From an uncultured Actinomycetota bacterium (GTDB taxonomy: Bacteria > Actinomycetota > Actinomycetes > Mycobacteriales > Mycobacteriaceae): 64,000 nt of DNA. Position 1 is the stretch's first letter. Every line of letters begins with the position of its first letter. The translations under genes were made by a program, and so were the position numbers. Location of the stretch: positions 61,114 through 125,113 of the forward strand of contig CAWASA010000017.1 of assembly GCA_963784665.1 (NCBI GenBank). Reading direction: 5' to 3'. Shown here piece after piece: positions 20,195 through 29,999 of this stretch. A model generated the notes under the pieces. The model was not told where the DNA came from. It searched no databases and was given only the letters and a program-made list of their open reading frames with translations.

Positions 20195-20847
20195 CAAATC
20201 GACTGCACGGCGGTGCCGAAACCGTTGCCGCCACCGAAGAAGCCGACGTGGAGACCGAGATCGAGGAAATCCCCGAGCTCACGGAGGACACCGGAAAACT
20301 TTCCGAGGCGACGGAGGGCGATGACGACAGCGATTCTCAGGCCACGCCCAACCCTGGGCACCGAATCAACTGGTCGCGGGTTCTGGCATACGGCGTCCTA
20401 CCGGGCCTGGTGTTGCTCCTCGCGTCGGCGGCCGGCTTCCTGAAGTGGCAGCAGTCGTCGGTCACGGACGCCGACCGCGGTCGCACCGAGGCAATCCAGG
20501 CGGCGCGGGATTGCACGGTCGCCCTGCTGACCTACCGACCCGACACGGTCGAGCGCGACCTGGGTGTCGCACGCGACCGACTGACCGGCCATTTCAAAGA
20601 CGCCTACTCGTCGCTGACCCGAGAGGTAGTGATCCCCGGTTCGAAGCAGAAGCAGATTTCGGCGGTTGCGACCGTCGAGGCTGCGGCGTCGGTGTCGGCG
20701 GCACCCAACCACGGGGTGGTTCTGCTCTTCGTGAACCAGACGACGATCGTCGGTGCGAACCCGCCCGCGTACACGGCATCCAGCGTCCGGGTGACGCTGG
20801 ACAAGGTCGGCGGACGCTGGCTGATATCCGGGTTCGATCCGGTCTAG
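20191..20847 (+). CDS. Mce-associated membrane protein
   Basis: Acidic N-terminus, TM helix, LLTYRPDT...FVNQT...WLISGFDPV. Confidence 0.88.
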   Translation: MTNRLHGGAETVAATEEADVETEIEEIPELTEDTGKLSEATEGDDDSDSQATPNPGHRINWSRVLAYGVLPGLVLLLASAAGFLKWQQSSVTDADRGRTEAIQAARDCTVALLTYRPDTVERDLGVARDRLTGHFKDAYSSLTREVVIPGSKQKQISAVATVEAAASVSAAPNHGVVLLFVNQTTIVGANPPAYTASSVRVTLDKVGGRWLISGFDPV

Positions 20848-20851
20848 ATCG

Positions 20852-23119
20852 TCAACGCCCCTCAGCGTCAACGGATGTGGTAGCCGACGCTGACACGGCA
20901 TCCCATTGCCTTTGCACTTTGCGTTCTGTGGCCGTGGGAATCAGACCCGACGGCGCGAACAACTTCGACGGCACCGGGTTGTCCTCGGTCAACGGCCTGC
21001 CGCCGCCGCGAATTGATCTGAGCGCGACCAGAACTCCGACGATCAACACAATGACGACAACCAAAGCGAAGAGAACCGACAGGGTGCCCTGGATAAAGGT
21101 GTTCCTGATGACGTCATCGAGCTGATGAGCGTTCTTGGCTGAACCGAACGCGGTCTTGCCCGCTTGTTTGGCCGCCAAGTACTGCTGGTGCTGTGTCCAG
21201 TAGCCGACACCCGGATCCGCGGAGAAGATCTTCTGCCACGACGCCGTGAGTGTGACCGCCAGGTCCCAGAGCAGTGGTAGTCCCGGGATCCACGCCCATT
21301 TCAATAGGCACTTCTTGATGACGACCACGGTGATGACGGTCAGCGCGATGGCCGCGAGCAGCTGGTTGGCAATACCGAACAGCGGGAACAGCGTGTTGAT
21401 GCCACCCAGCGGATCGGTCACGCCCATCAGCAGAGTGCTGCCCCACGCCGCGGCCACGGCCAGGCTGCAGATCCATACGCCCGGGCGCCAGCTGGGGTTG
21501 CGCAGCTTGGCCAGCGGACCACCGAAGTTGCCCAGCGTGTCAGAGAGCATGAAACGCGCGACCCGGGTGCCCGCATCGACGGCGGTCAGGATGAACAGCG
21601 CCTCGAACATGATCGCGAAGTGGTACCAGAACGCCTTGAGACCCGCGCCGCCGAACACCCGTTGCAGTACTTCGGACATACCGACCGCCAGCGTCGGTGC
21701 TCCGCCGGTGCGCGACACGATCGACTTTTCGCCCACGCCCGCGGCGGCGTGACTGAGCTGGTCCGCCGTCGCCGGAGGGCCTGACAAGCCGAGCCGGTTG
21801 ACGTAGTCCGCAGCGGTGGCCGCGGTGCCGCCGGTTTGTGCGGCCGGGGCGTTGAGGGTGAAGTACAGATGCTGGTCGAGGATCGCGGCGCTAATCAGCG
21901 CCATGACAGCGACGAACGACTCGGTGAGCATGCCGCCGTAGCCGATCAGCCGCATCTGGCTTTCTTTTTCCAGCAGCTTCGGTGTCGTTCCCGATGAGAT
22001 CAGCGCGTGAAATCCGGATAGCGCGCCGCAGGCGATGGTGATGAAGAGGAACGGGAACAGCGAGCCGGGGAACACCGGCCCGTCGCCGCGGGCGGCGAAC
22101 CGTGAGATGGCGGGCGCGGCAATGATCGGCCTGGCGATACAGATACCGACCGCCAGCAAGGCGAGGGCACCGACCTTCATGAACGTCGAGAGGTAATCGC
22201 GCGGCGCAAGGACCAACCACACCGGCAGCACCGACGCCACGAAACCGTAAATAATGATCAGCCACGACACCGTGACCGGGGAAAGGTTCAACCAGGATGC
22301 GCCCCAGGATGTTTCGCTGACCCAGTTGCCCGACGCCACGGCGAGCAGTAGTAGCGCGACGCCGATGAGCGATACTTCTGCCACCCGCCCGGGACGCAGG
22401 AACCTCAGGTAGCAGCCCATGAACACAGCGATGGGGATGGTCATGGCGATGGAGAACACACCCCAGGGGCTCTGAGCCAGTCCCCGCACCACCACCAGTG
22501 CGAGCACCGCGATGATGATCACCATGATGACGAAGGTCCCGATGAGGGCGGCCGCCCCGCCTATCGCGCCGAGCTCGTCGCGGGCCATCTGCCCCAGGGA
22601 GCGGCCCCGTCGCCGGGTCGAGATCCATAAGACCAGATAATCCTGCACGGCGCCGGCGAGCACCGCGCCGACGACGATCCAAATGCTGCAGGGCAGGTAG
22701 CCCATTTGGGTGGCCAGCACCGGACCGACCAGTGGCCCGGCCCCGGCGATGGCGGCGAAATGATGGCCGAACACCATCCGCCGGTCGGTCGGCAGGTAAT
22801 CGGTGCCGTTGTCGAGAACTTCGGCCGGCGTCGCGTGATCGTCGCGTGGGCGAACGATCTTCATCTCGATCAGCCGGGCATAAAACCGGAACCCGATGAC
22901 GTACGTACAGATCGCCGCGACCACCAGCCAGACCGCGTTGACTGTCTCGCCGCGGACGAACGCGATGACCGCCCAGGCGACGGCAGCTATCACAGCGACC
23001 ACCCCGAAGAAGAACTTGTGTCGGATGGTGATGGGCGAGCGGTCGATAATCGCGACAGGCGGCAGGTTTTCGTCGGTGCTGATGTAGCTGACATGTCGGT
23101 GCTGCTCTGTCACGCTCAA
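20852..23119 (-). CDS. cstA: Carbon starvation protein A (peptide/pyruvate transporter)
   Basis: FGHHFAAIAGAGPLVGP, APRDYLSTF, FITIACGALSGFH. Confidence 0.95.
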   Translation of the reverse strand: MSVTEQHRHVSYISTDENLPPVAIIDRSPITIRHKFFFGVVAVIAAVAWAVIAFVRGETVNAVWLVVAAICTYVIGFRFYARLIEMKIVRPRDDHATPAEVLDNGTDYLPTDRRMVFGHHFAAIAGAGPLVGPVLATQMGYLPCSIWIVVGAVLAGAVQDYLVLWISTRRRGRSLGQMARDELGAIGGAAALIGTFVIMVIIIAVLALVVVRGLAQSPWGVFSIAMTIPIAVFMGCYLRFLRPGRVAEVSLIGVALLLLAVASGNWVSETSWGASWLNLSPVTVSWLIIIYGFVASVLPVWLVLAPRDYLSTFMKVGALALLAVGICIARPIIAAPAISRFAARGDGPVFPGSLFPFLFITIACGALSGFHALISSGTTPKLLEKESQMRLIGYGGMLTESFVAVMALISAAILDQHLYFTLNAPAAQTGGTAATAADYVNRLGLSGPPATADQLSHAAAGVGEKSIVSRTGGAPTLAVGMSEVLQRVFGGAGLKAFWYHFAIMFEALFILTAVDAGTRVARFMLSDTLGNFGGPLAKLRNPSWRPGVWICSLAVAAAWGSTLLMGVTDPLGGINTLFPLFGIANQLLAAIALTVITVVVIKKCLLKWAWIPGLPLLWDLAVTLTASWQKIFSADPGVGYWTQHQQYLAAKQAGKTAFGSAKNAHQLDDVIRNTFIQGTLSVLFALVVVIVLIVGVLVALRSIRGGGRPLTEDNPVPSKLFAPSGLIPTATERKVQRQWDAVSASATTSVDAEGR

Positions 23120-23155
23120 ACCCTACGACGACGGGCAGTCTGCTGCCGCAGTGAA

Positions 23156-24685
23156 TCAGTACAGCGCACGAACGTTGTCAATGGTGTCGGCTTCGGCCGG
23201 GCTTTTGTCGTCGCGGTAGCGCACCACGCGGGCGAATCGCAGCGCCAACCCGCCCGGGTAGCGCGACGACGCTTGCACCCCGTCGAACGCCACCTCCACC
23301 ACCTGTTCGGGCCTTACGATGACGACGTGCCCATCGGTGCCGCCGACCGCCAGTTCGCTAAACCGGGCCGTCTGCCAGTCCAGCATGGCATCGGTCATGC
23401 CCTTGAATGTCTTGCCTAGCATCACGTATCCGCCCGTGGTTGGATCGCGCGCGCCCAGGTGAATGTTGGAGAGTTTGCCGCGACGGCGGCCCGATCCCCA
23501 CTCGACGGCGAGCACCACCAGATCCAGTGTGTGCACCGGCTTGACCTTCACCCAGCCCGCTCCGCGACGACCCGCCTGGTACGGCGCGGCCGGCGCCTTG
23601 GCCATGACGCCTTCGTGGCCGGCGGCCAGTGTCGCGTCCAGGAAGCCGGCCGCTTCGACGGGGTCGGACGTGAAGAGCCGATCCACCCGGTGCGCGGGGG
23701 GCACCAATGCGTCCAGGGCTGCCAGCCGGTCATTGGTCGGCGCGTCGAGCAGATCAACGCCGTCGCAGTGCAAGATGTCGAAGAAGAACACCGAAAGTGG
23801 CTGTGTGGCAAGGGCTGCAGCCACATCGACCGATCGGCCGAACCGCGACGCGGTGACTTGGAAGCGGTGCGGCCGGTGGTCGGGCCGCAGCGCGATCGCC
23901 TCACCGTCGGCAATGAGTTCGCGCACCGGCAATGCCAGCGTCGCCTCCACCACTTCGGGCAGCCGGGCGGTGACGTCGTCAAGGCTTCGGGTGTAGACGG
24001 TGACCTCATCACCGGCCCGGTGTATCTGTACTCGCGCCCCGTCTAGCTTCGCCTCGAAAATCGTTGCGCCGCCTTGACGCTCAATTGCATCGGCCACACT
24101 TGTCGCGGTCTGCGCCAGCATCGGGCCGACTGGCCGACCGACCCGCAGAGTGAACGCGTCCAGTGCGGCGGCCCCGCCGGACAGGGCGGCGGCAGCCACT
24201 GCCGGCAGATCCCCACCCAGCATCGCGGCGCGCTGTACCGAAGCGACAGGGATCCCGGTGGCGTTGGCGACGGCGTCGGCCATGATCCCGGCCAGCGCGC
24301 CCTGGCGCAGTTCGCCGCTCAGCAGCCGCAGCAGAAAGGTCTGCTCGGTTTCGGTTGCGGCGGCGAACAGCCCAGCCAGGAGTTCAGCGCGCCGCGCCTG
24401 CGCCCCCTTGCCCGACACGGCACCGATCCCGGAGAAGGTGGCGTCGACGTTGGTGACGGTCAGCACCGGATGCGCTGCTGCCGGTGGTCGCGATCGCAAC
24501 GACGCCCAGCCGACGCCGATCTGGCGTTGCGGCAAATCACCGGAAAGCCACGACACGATGATGGCGACCAGTTCGGGCTCGGGTGCGGCCCGCCGCAGCA
24601 GGTCGGCGATGTGCGCGACCTTGGCCAGCCGCGACGAGGTGCCGCCCACGTCAAGCGACGTCGTCGCCACGTCGAGAAGGAGCAC
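23156..24685 (-). CDS. ligB: ATP-dependent DNA ligase B
   Basis: EAKLDG (motif I), DGEA, FDIL, EGVMAK, VKVK, LRFAR. Confidence 0.95.
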   Translation of the reverse strand: MLLLDVATTSLDVGGTSSRLAKVAHIADLLRRAAPEPELVAIIVSWLSGDLPQRQIGVGWASLRSRPPAAAHPVLTVTNVDATFSGIGAVSGKGAQARRAELLAGLFAAATETEQTFLLRLLSGELRQGALAGIMADAVANATGIPVASVQRAAMLGGDLPAVAAAALSGGAAALDAFTLRVGRPVGPMLAQTATSVADAIERQGGATIFEAKLDGARVQIHRAGDEVTVYTRSLDDVTARLPEVVEATLALPVRELIADGEAIALRPDHRPHRFQVTASRFGRSVDVAAALATQPLSVFFFDILHCDGVDLLDAPTNDRLAALDALVPPAHRVDRLFTSDPVEAAGFLDATLAAGHEGVMAKAPAAPYQAGRRGAGWVKVKPVHTLDLVVLAVEWGSGRRRGKLSNIHLGARDPTTGGYVMLGKTFKGMTDAMLDWQTARFSELAVGGTDGHVVIVRPEQVVEVAFDGVQASSRYPGGLALRFARVVRYRDDKSPAEADTIDNVRALY

Positions 24686-24798
24686 GGTTGTCAGCTTGGC
24701 ATGGCTCGCCGACAACCCTTCGAGACGGACACGCTAGCGTGCCTACGTAACGTTACAGATTGCAAGGATTCTGACAAGCCTAAAAGGGAGAGGTCCGG

Positions 24799-25557
24799 AT
24801 GGAGATCAACGGGAAGAAGGTCGTCGTCATCGGCGGCGCGTCGGGAATGGGTCGTGCCACCGCCGAATTGCTGGCCGAACGTGGCGCGGCAGTCGCGGTG
24901 CTCGATCGTGAGGGTTCCGACGGCAAGACCGTCGCCGAGGGGATTGGCGGGGCGTTCTATCCGGTCGACGTCACCGACTTCACCGGCACCGAGGAGACGT
25001 TGCAGACCGCGGTCGACAAGCTGGGCGGCCTGCATGTCGTGGTGACCACGGCCGGCGGCGGCATCGCCAAGCGCACCCTGACCAAGTCCGGCCCGCACGA
25101 CCTCGAATCCTTCCAATCCGTGATCGATCTCAACCTCATCGCCACGTTCAACATCAGCCGGCTGGCGGCCGCGCAGATGGCCAAGAACGAGCCCGAGGAT
25201 GAGGAGCGGGGCGTCATCATCAACACCGCTTCGATTGCGGCCTTCGAGGGCCAGATCGGACAGGTCGCCTACACCGCCGCCAAGGCCGCGATCGCCGGCA
25301 TGTGCCTGACGATGGCCCGTGACCTGGGTTCGATGGGAATCCGGGTGCTGGCCATTGCGCCGAGCCTGTTCCTGACCGGGTTGACCGCGATGGTTCCCGA
25401 CGAGATGGCGGCCACCCTCACCCGCGACGCGGCCTTCCCCAAGCGGATGGGCCGGCCGATTGAGTACGCGAAACTGGCTGCGGCCATCGTGGACAACCCG
25501 ATGCTCAACGGCCAGTGCATACGGCTGGACGCCGGTCAGCGGTTCGCGCCCAAGTAG
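24799..25557 (+). CDS. SDR, type II 3-hydroxyacyl-CoA dehydrogenase-like
   Basis: GGASGMG; ERGVIINTASIAAFEGQIGQVAYTAAK. Confidence 0.92.
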   Translation: MEINGKKVVVIGGASGMGRATAELLAERGAAVAVLDREGSDGKTVAEGIGGAFYPVDVTDFTGTEETLQTAVDKLGGLHVVVTTAGGGIAKRTLTKSGPHDLESFQSVIDLNLIATFNISRLAAAQMAKNEPEDEERGVIINTASIAAFEGQIGQVAYTAAKAAIAGMCLTMARDLGSMGIRVLAIAPSLFLTGLTAMVPDEMAATLTRDAAFPKRMGRPIEYAKLAAAIVDNPMLNGQCIRLDAGQRFAPK

Positions 25558-25621
25558 ACGCCCCCGCTGGCGCCCTCCTTGCATTAAGTACACTCTTTAG
25601 GCAGCCGCCCCGCTCCCCGTC

Positions 25622-25682
25622 GGAGCGGGGCAATCAGACCGAGCCCGGGATCGACGCGGGCAGGTAGCGGCGCGAGGAGGGC
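25622..25682 (+). repeat. Degenerate MIRU-like interspersed unit in the fadE22 leader
   Basis: GGAGCGGGGCAATC...AGCCCGG...GACGCGGGC...GCGGCGCGAGGAGGG resembles the reverse complement of the element at 59111-59206; supplies the SD GAGGAGG. Confidence 0.4.
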
Positions 25683-25685
25683 CTC

Positions 25686-27887
25686 ATGGGTATCGCACTG
25701 ACCGACGACCATCGCGAACTCGCCGAAGTAGCCCGCGCGTTCCTGACCTCGCAAAAGGTGCGCTGGGCGGCGCGATCACTGCTCGATGCCCCAGACGAGG
25801 CCCGCCCCGGGTTTTGGCAGAACTTGGTTGAGCTCGGTTGGCTCGGCCTGCACGTCGACGAAGAGCACGGCGGCTCAGGCTTTGGGTTGCCCGAACTCGT
25901 GGTGGTGATCGAAGAACTCGGTCGCACGGTGGCACCGGGACCGTTCGTACCGACCGTGATCGCGTCGGCGGTGATCGCCAAAGACGGTACGGCTGACCAA
26001 AAGTCGCGGTTGCTGCCCGGCCTGATCGACGGAACCGTCACCGCGGGAATCGGGCTGGAAGGCCAGGTGCGCGTCACCGATGGTCCGAAAGGTGGCTCAA
26101 AAAATTGCATAGCCGACGGCGAAGCCGGGATCGTCTTGGGTGCCGGTCTTGCCGAGCTGCTGCTGATCGCGGCGGGCGACGATGTTCTGCTGCTGGAACG
26201 CGACCGCGCCGGTGTGTCCGTTGACGTGCCGGAAAACTTCGATCCGACTCGGCGTTCGGGACGCGTCCACCTGCACAACGTGAGCGTCACCGCCGACGAC
26301 ATCTTGCCGGGGGCGCGGGAATCGGCGCTGGCCCGGGCGCGGACATTGCTGGCCGCTGAGGCGGTGGGCGGGGCGTCCGACTGTGTCGACGCCGCCGTCG
26401 ACTATGCCAAGGTGCGGCAGCAATTCGGCCGCACTATCGCGACTTTCCAAGCGGTGAAACATCATTGCGCGAACATGCTGGTGGCCGCCGAGTCGGCGGT
26501 CGCCGCGGTATGGGATGCGTCGCGTGCGGCATCCGAGGACTCATCGGAGGAAGAAGCGCAGTTCCGCCTGGCCGCTGCGGTGGCGGCGGGACTGGCATTC
26601 CCCGCCTATGCGCGCAATGCCGAACTGAACATTCAGGTACACGGGGGCATCGGCTTCACCTGGGAGCACGACGCGCATCTGCATCTGCGTCGGGCGCTGG
26701 TGATCGCGGCGCTGTTCGGCGGTGACGCACCGGCCCGGGATGTTTTCGAGCGCACCGCGGCCGGCGCTACCCGGGAAAACAGCTTGGACCTGCCGGCCGA
26801 AGCCGAAGAACTGCGCACCCAGATCCGCGCCGACGCCGCCGAAATCGCCGCCCTGGACAAAAACGCTCAGCGAGACAAACTGATCGTGACCGGTTACGTG
26901 ATGCCGCACTGGCCCAAGCCCTGGGGTCGCGCCGCCGACGCGGTCGAGCAGTTGGTGATCGAGGAAGAGTTCCGCGCGGCCGGCATCAAGCGCCCGGACT
27001 ACTCGATCACCGGTTGGGTGATCCTGACCCTGATCCAGCACGGAACTGAATGGCAGATCGAAAGATTCGTGGAGAAGGCGCTGCGCCAAGACGAGATCTG
27101 GTGCCAGCTGTTCTCCGAACCCGAGGCCGGCTCGGATGCGGCATCGGTCAAGACCCGCGCCACCCGGGTCGACGGTGGCTGGAAGATCAACGGGCAGAAG
27201 GTATGGACCAGTGGGGCCCAGTATTGCAGCCGGGGCCTGGCCACCGTGCGCACCGACCCAGACGCCCCCAAGCATGCCGGCATCACCACCGTGATCATCG
27301 ACATGAAGGCGCCCGGAGTCGAGGTGCGGCCGCTGCGGCAAATCACCGGCGGCTCGGAATTCAATGAGGTGTTCTTCAGCGACGTCTTCGTTCCCGACGA
27401 GGACGTCGTCGGGGCGCCCAACTCCGGGTGGACGGTCGCACGGGCGACGCTGGGCAACGAGCGGGTCACCATCGGCGGCAGCGGATCGTTCTACGAGGGA
27501 TTGGCGGCGCGACTGGTGCAGCTGGCACAACAGCACCGAGAGCGGTTGGCGGGCTCGGAGATCCGGGTGGGGTACTACCTCGCCGAGGATCACGCGCTGC
27601 GACTGCTGAACCTGCGCCGCGCTGCCCGCAGCGTCGAAGGAGCCGGTCCCGGTCCGGAAGGCAACATCACCAAACTCAAGCTGGCTGAGCACATGATCGA
27701 GGGCGGCGCGATCTCGGCAGCGCTGCTGGGACCCGAGCTCGCGCTGCTTGACGGGCCTGGTGCGCTGGCCGGCCGCATGATGATGGGCGCCCGCGGCATG
27801 GCTATCGCCGGTGGTACCTCGGAGGTCACTCGCAATCAGATCGCCGAGCGGATTCTCGGCATGCCGCGCGACCCGCTGATCAACTAG
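25686..27887 (+). CDS. fadE22: Fused double-domain acyl-CoA dehydrogenase
   Basis: Two ACAD modules: RQQFGRTIATFQAVKH/HGGIGFTWEH and CQLFSEPEAGSDA/GGTSEVTRN; synteny with Rv3061c. Confidence 0.93.
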   Translation: MGIALTDDHRELAEVARAFLTSQKVRWAARSLLDAPDEARPGFWQNLVELGWLGLHVDEEHGGSGFGLPELVVVIEELGRTVAPGPFVPTVIASAVIAKDGTADQKSRLLPGLIDGTVTAGIGLEGQVRVTDGPKGGSKNCIADGEAGIVLGAGLAELLLIAAGDDVLLLERDRAGVSVDVPENFDPTRRSGRVHLHNVSVTADDILPGARESALARARTLLAAEAVGGASDCVDAAVDYAKVRQQFGRTIATFQAVKHHCANMLVAAESAVAAVWDASRAASEDSSEEEAQFRLAAAVAAGLAFPAYARNAELNIQVHGGIGFTWEHDAHLHLRRALVIAALFGGDAPARDVFERTAAGATRENSLDLPAEAEELRTQIRADAAEIAALDKNAQRDKLIVTGYVMPHWPKPWGRAADAVEQLVIEEEFRAAGIKRPDYSITGWVILTLIQHGTEWQIERFVEKALRQDEIWCQLFSEPEAGSDAASVKTRATRVDGGWKINGQKVWTSGAQYCSRGLATVRTDPDAPKHAGITTVIIDMKAPGVEVRPLRQITGGSEFNEVFFSDVFVPDEDVVGAPNSGWTVARATLGNERVTIGGSGSFYEGLAARLVQLAQQHRERLAGSEIRVGYYLAEDHALRLLNLRRAARSVEGAGPGPEGNITKLKLAEHMIEGGAISAALLGPELALLDGPGALAGRMMMGARGMAIAGGTSEVTRNQIAERILGMPRDPLIN

Positions 27888-27895
27888 CGCGCCCG

Positions 27896-28582
27896 TCAGG
27901 CGGGGCGGGGAGCACCTGTCATTTTCGCGGCCAATCGTGATTGGCCGAGCCAGCCCGGCACCGCCCGGCGAACGTCCGCCGTTCCGTGGATGGCCACGCT
28001 GCCGTTGAGCATTGCGCGCGACCAGGACACGTCACCACGCCACAGCTGGATCAGGGTGAGCAGGCTGGTCCCGACCGTCGCGGCCACCTCGTAGCCGGGA
28101 TCGAAGTCACAGACGTCGGCCGTTCCCTCCGACACCATCAGCCACCAGTGGGCTGCCTTCGGGTCCACGCCGGTCAGCTGGAACGCCACCACGGTGCGGG
28201 CCCGAGGCCAGGAATCCACAGAAATCGTGCGCCGGATATCCCACATCAGCAGGTGCGGATCCAGGTCTTCGTCGCCGAGCTCAGGAATCCAGCGAAGGCC
28301 CCACTGACCGAGCGCGTCGACAACTGCGGCGAGTTCCTGACCGCACGGCGTCAGCGAATACGACGTGCGGCCGTCGATGTCGCTGCGTTCGATCACACCG
28401 GCCCGGTTCAACGACTTCAGTCGCTTGGACAACAACGCCGGCGACATCTTCGGTACCCCGCGCCGGAGATCATTGAAATGCTTACTGCCGCAAAGCAACT
28501 CACGCACGACAAGCATTGTCCACCGTTCATCGAGCAGCTCCATCGCCTTGGCGACCGGGCAGAACTGGCCGTAAGTCGACAT
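27896..28582 (-). CDS. HxlR-family winged-helix regulator with SCP2-like C-terminal domain
   Basis: YGQFCPVAKAMELLDERWTMLVVREL...FNDLRRGVP..SPALLSKRL. Confidence 0.9.
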   Translation of the reverse strand: MSTYGQFCPVAKAMELLDERWTMLVVRELLCGSKHFNDLRRGVPKMSPALLSKRLKSLNRAGVIERSDIDGRTSYSLTPCGQELAAVVDALGQWGLRWIPELGDEDLDPHLLMWDIRRTISVDSWPRARTVVAFQLTGVDPKAAHWWLMVSEGTADVCDFDPGYEVAATVGTSLLTLIQLWRGDVSWSRAMLNGSVAIHGTADVRRAVPGWLGQSRLAAKMTGAPRPA

Positions 28583-28647
28583 TTCCAACACCTCTCAGCA
28601 CTCTCCAGGTCGGCTGTGCTCAGTAGACGCCGTGCCAAAGGAAATGG

Positions 28648-28691
28648 CTAGTACAGATTCTGAACCACGGCTGGTTCAGATCTGGCACTGG
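28648..28691. promoter_or_regulatory. Probable operator pair for the HxlR regulator
   Basis: Perfect inverted repeat TCTGAACCA-cggc-TGGTTCAGA (28659-28680) within two related boxes, CTAGTACAGATTCTGAACCAC and CTGGTTCAGATCTGGCACTGG, between divergent genes. Confidence 0.6.
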
Positions 28692-28748
28692 AATCGGTTC
28701 ATCTTCGACACGGACGATTGGGGCTAACGATCAGGAAGGACATTGGCG

Positions 28749-29585
28749 ATGACCGCAGTAACCGGAACCGACCGCATCCCAGCCGATCGCGGCTACGAAA
28801 GCAAGCACCGCGCACTGTGGGCGCTGGGCGACTACACCACAGTGGCGACCGAACTAGTGGCGCCACTCGGCCCGGTACTGGTGCAGGCCAGCAACATCGG
28901 TGTCGGTGATCGGGTGCTCGACGTTGCTGCCGGCGCCGGCAATGTGGCGATACCCGCCGCGCTTGCTGGCGCTGACGTGATTGCCAGCGACCTGTGCCCG
29001 CAGCTGCTGGAGCGAGGCCGAGCGCTCGCCCACCGTCACCGGGTCAGTCTGCGTTGGCTTGAGGCCAATGCCGAAGCGCTGCCGTGTGACAGCGATGAGT
29101 TCGACGCGGTGGTGTCATGCGTCGGCGTGATGTTCGCCCCGCACCACCAGCGGGCCGCCGACGAGCTGGTCCGAGTCTGCCGGCCCGATGGGGTGATCGG
29201 GCTGATCAGTTGGACGCCAGAAGGCTTCATCGGCAACATGTTCGCGACGATGAAGCCGTACGTGGCGGCGCCACCACCCGGCGCGCAGCCCGCGCCGATG
29301 TGGGGCAACGCGGATCACGTACGCGACCTGCTGGCGGATCAAATCACTGACTTCACCGCCGTCCGCCGCACGCTGCGGGTGGACCGGTTCGCCGACGGGG
29401 CGGCGTTCCGTGACTATTTCAAGGCACATTATGGGCCGACGATCGCCGCATACCAGGGCATCGCGGGCGACCCGGACGGGATCGATGCGCTCGACGCGCG
29501 GTTGGCGGAACTCGGGGACCGATACTTGGCGGGGTCGTCGGCGATGGAGTGGGAGTATCTATTGATCACTGCGCGCAAGCGCTGA
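28749..29585 (+). CDS. Class I SAM-dependent methyltransferase
   Basis: VLDVAAGAGN, FDAVVSCVGVMF, ELVRVCRPDG. Confidence 0.9.
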   Translation: MTAVTGTDRIPADRGYESKHRALWALGDYTTVATELVAPLGPVLVQASNIGVGDRVLDVAAGAGNVAIPAALAGADVIASDLCPQLLERGRALAHRHRVSLRWLEANAEALPCDSDEFDAVVSCVGVMFAPHHQRAADELVRVCRPDGVIGLISWTPEGFIGNMFATMKPYVAAPPPGAQPAPMWGNADHVRDLLADQITDFTAVRRTLRVDRFADGAAFRDYFKAHYGPTIAAYQGIAGDPDGIDALDARLAELGDRYLAGSSAMEWEYLLITARKR

Positions 29586-29599
29586 TCATCTCGCCGCCA

Positions 29600-29935
29600 C
29601 TAAGCCGGTGCGAACAACGGAGCGCCGCCGCTGCCCTTCTCGGGCCGGATAGCGACGGACATCCCGCACGTCACTGAATCCGGTTCGCAACCAACGATAT
29701 TGGCGGCGACCCGCAGGCCCCTCTGTTCGGCGAGCTCGACGATGGCGATCACGTACGGGACGGGGATCTCGGGGTTGTACGGGTGGTAGTTGACGGTGTA
29801 GGTAAGCACCGTGCCGCGCCCGCAAACGGGCCGCGTGACCAGCGGGCTCCCACAGTCGCGGCATTCGCCGACCGCCGGATGCACCCAGTGCGCGCAATCG
29901 TCGCAATATTCGATGAGCAGCGGCTCGTCTGGCAC
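29600..29935 (-). CDS. Zn-ribbon/OB-fold (DUF35) protein
   Basis: CDDC...CRDC, then GRGTVLTYTV...PYVIAIVEL; start estimated. Confidence 0.85.
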   Translation of the reverse strand: MPDEPLLIEYCDDCAHWVHPAVGECRDCGSPLVTRPVCGRGTVLTYTVNYHPYNPEIPVPYVIAIVELAEQRGLRVAANIVGCEPDSVTCGMSVAIRPEKGSGGAPLFAPA

Positions 29936-29999
29936 GCCGAATACAGTACACTCTATTGGTTCGAGGCGGCGGCTGGGTGTGGTCTGACGGGCGGTGTAC

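Noticed and set aside
20840-20860. No small YbdD/YjiX gene after cstA
   Set aside because: As I recall, it is also absent in M. tuberculosis, so it is not distinctive
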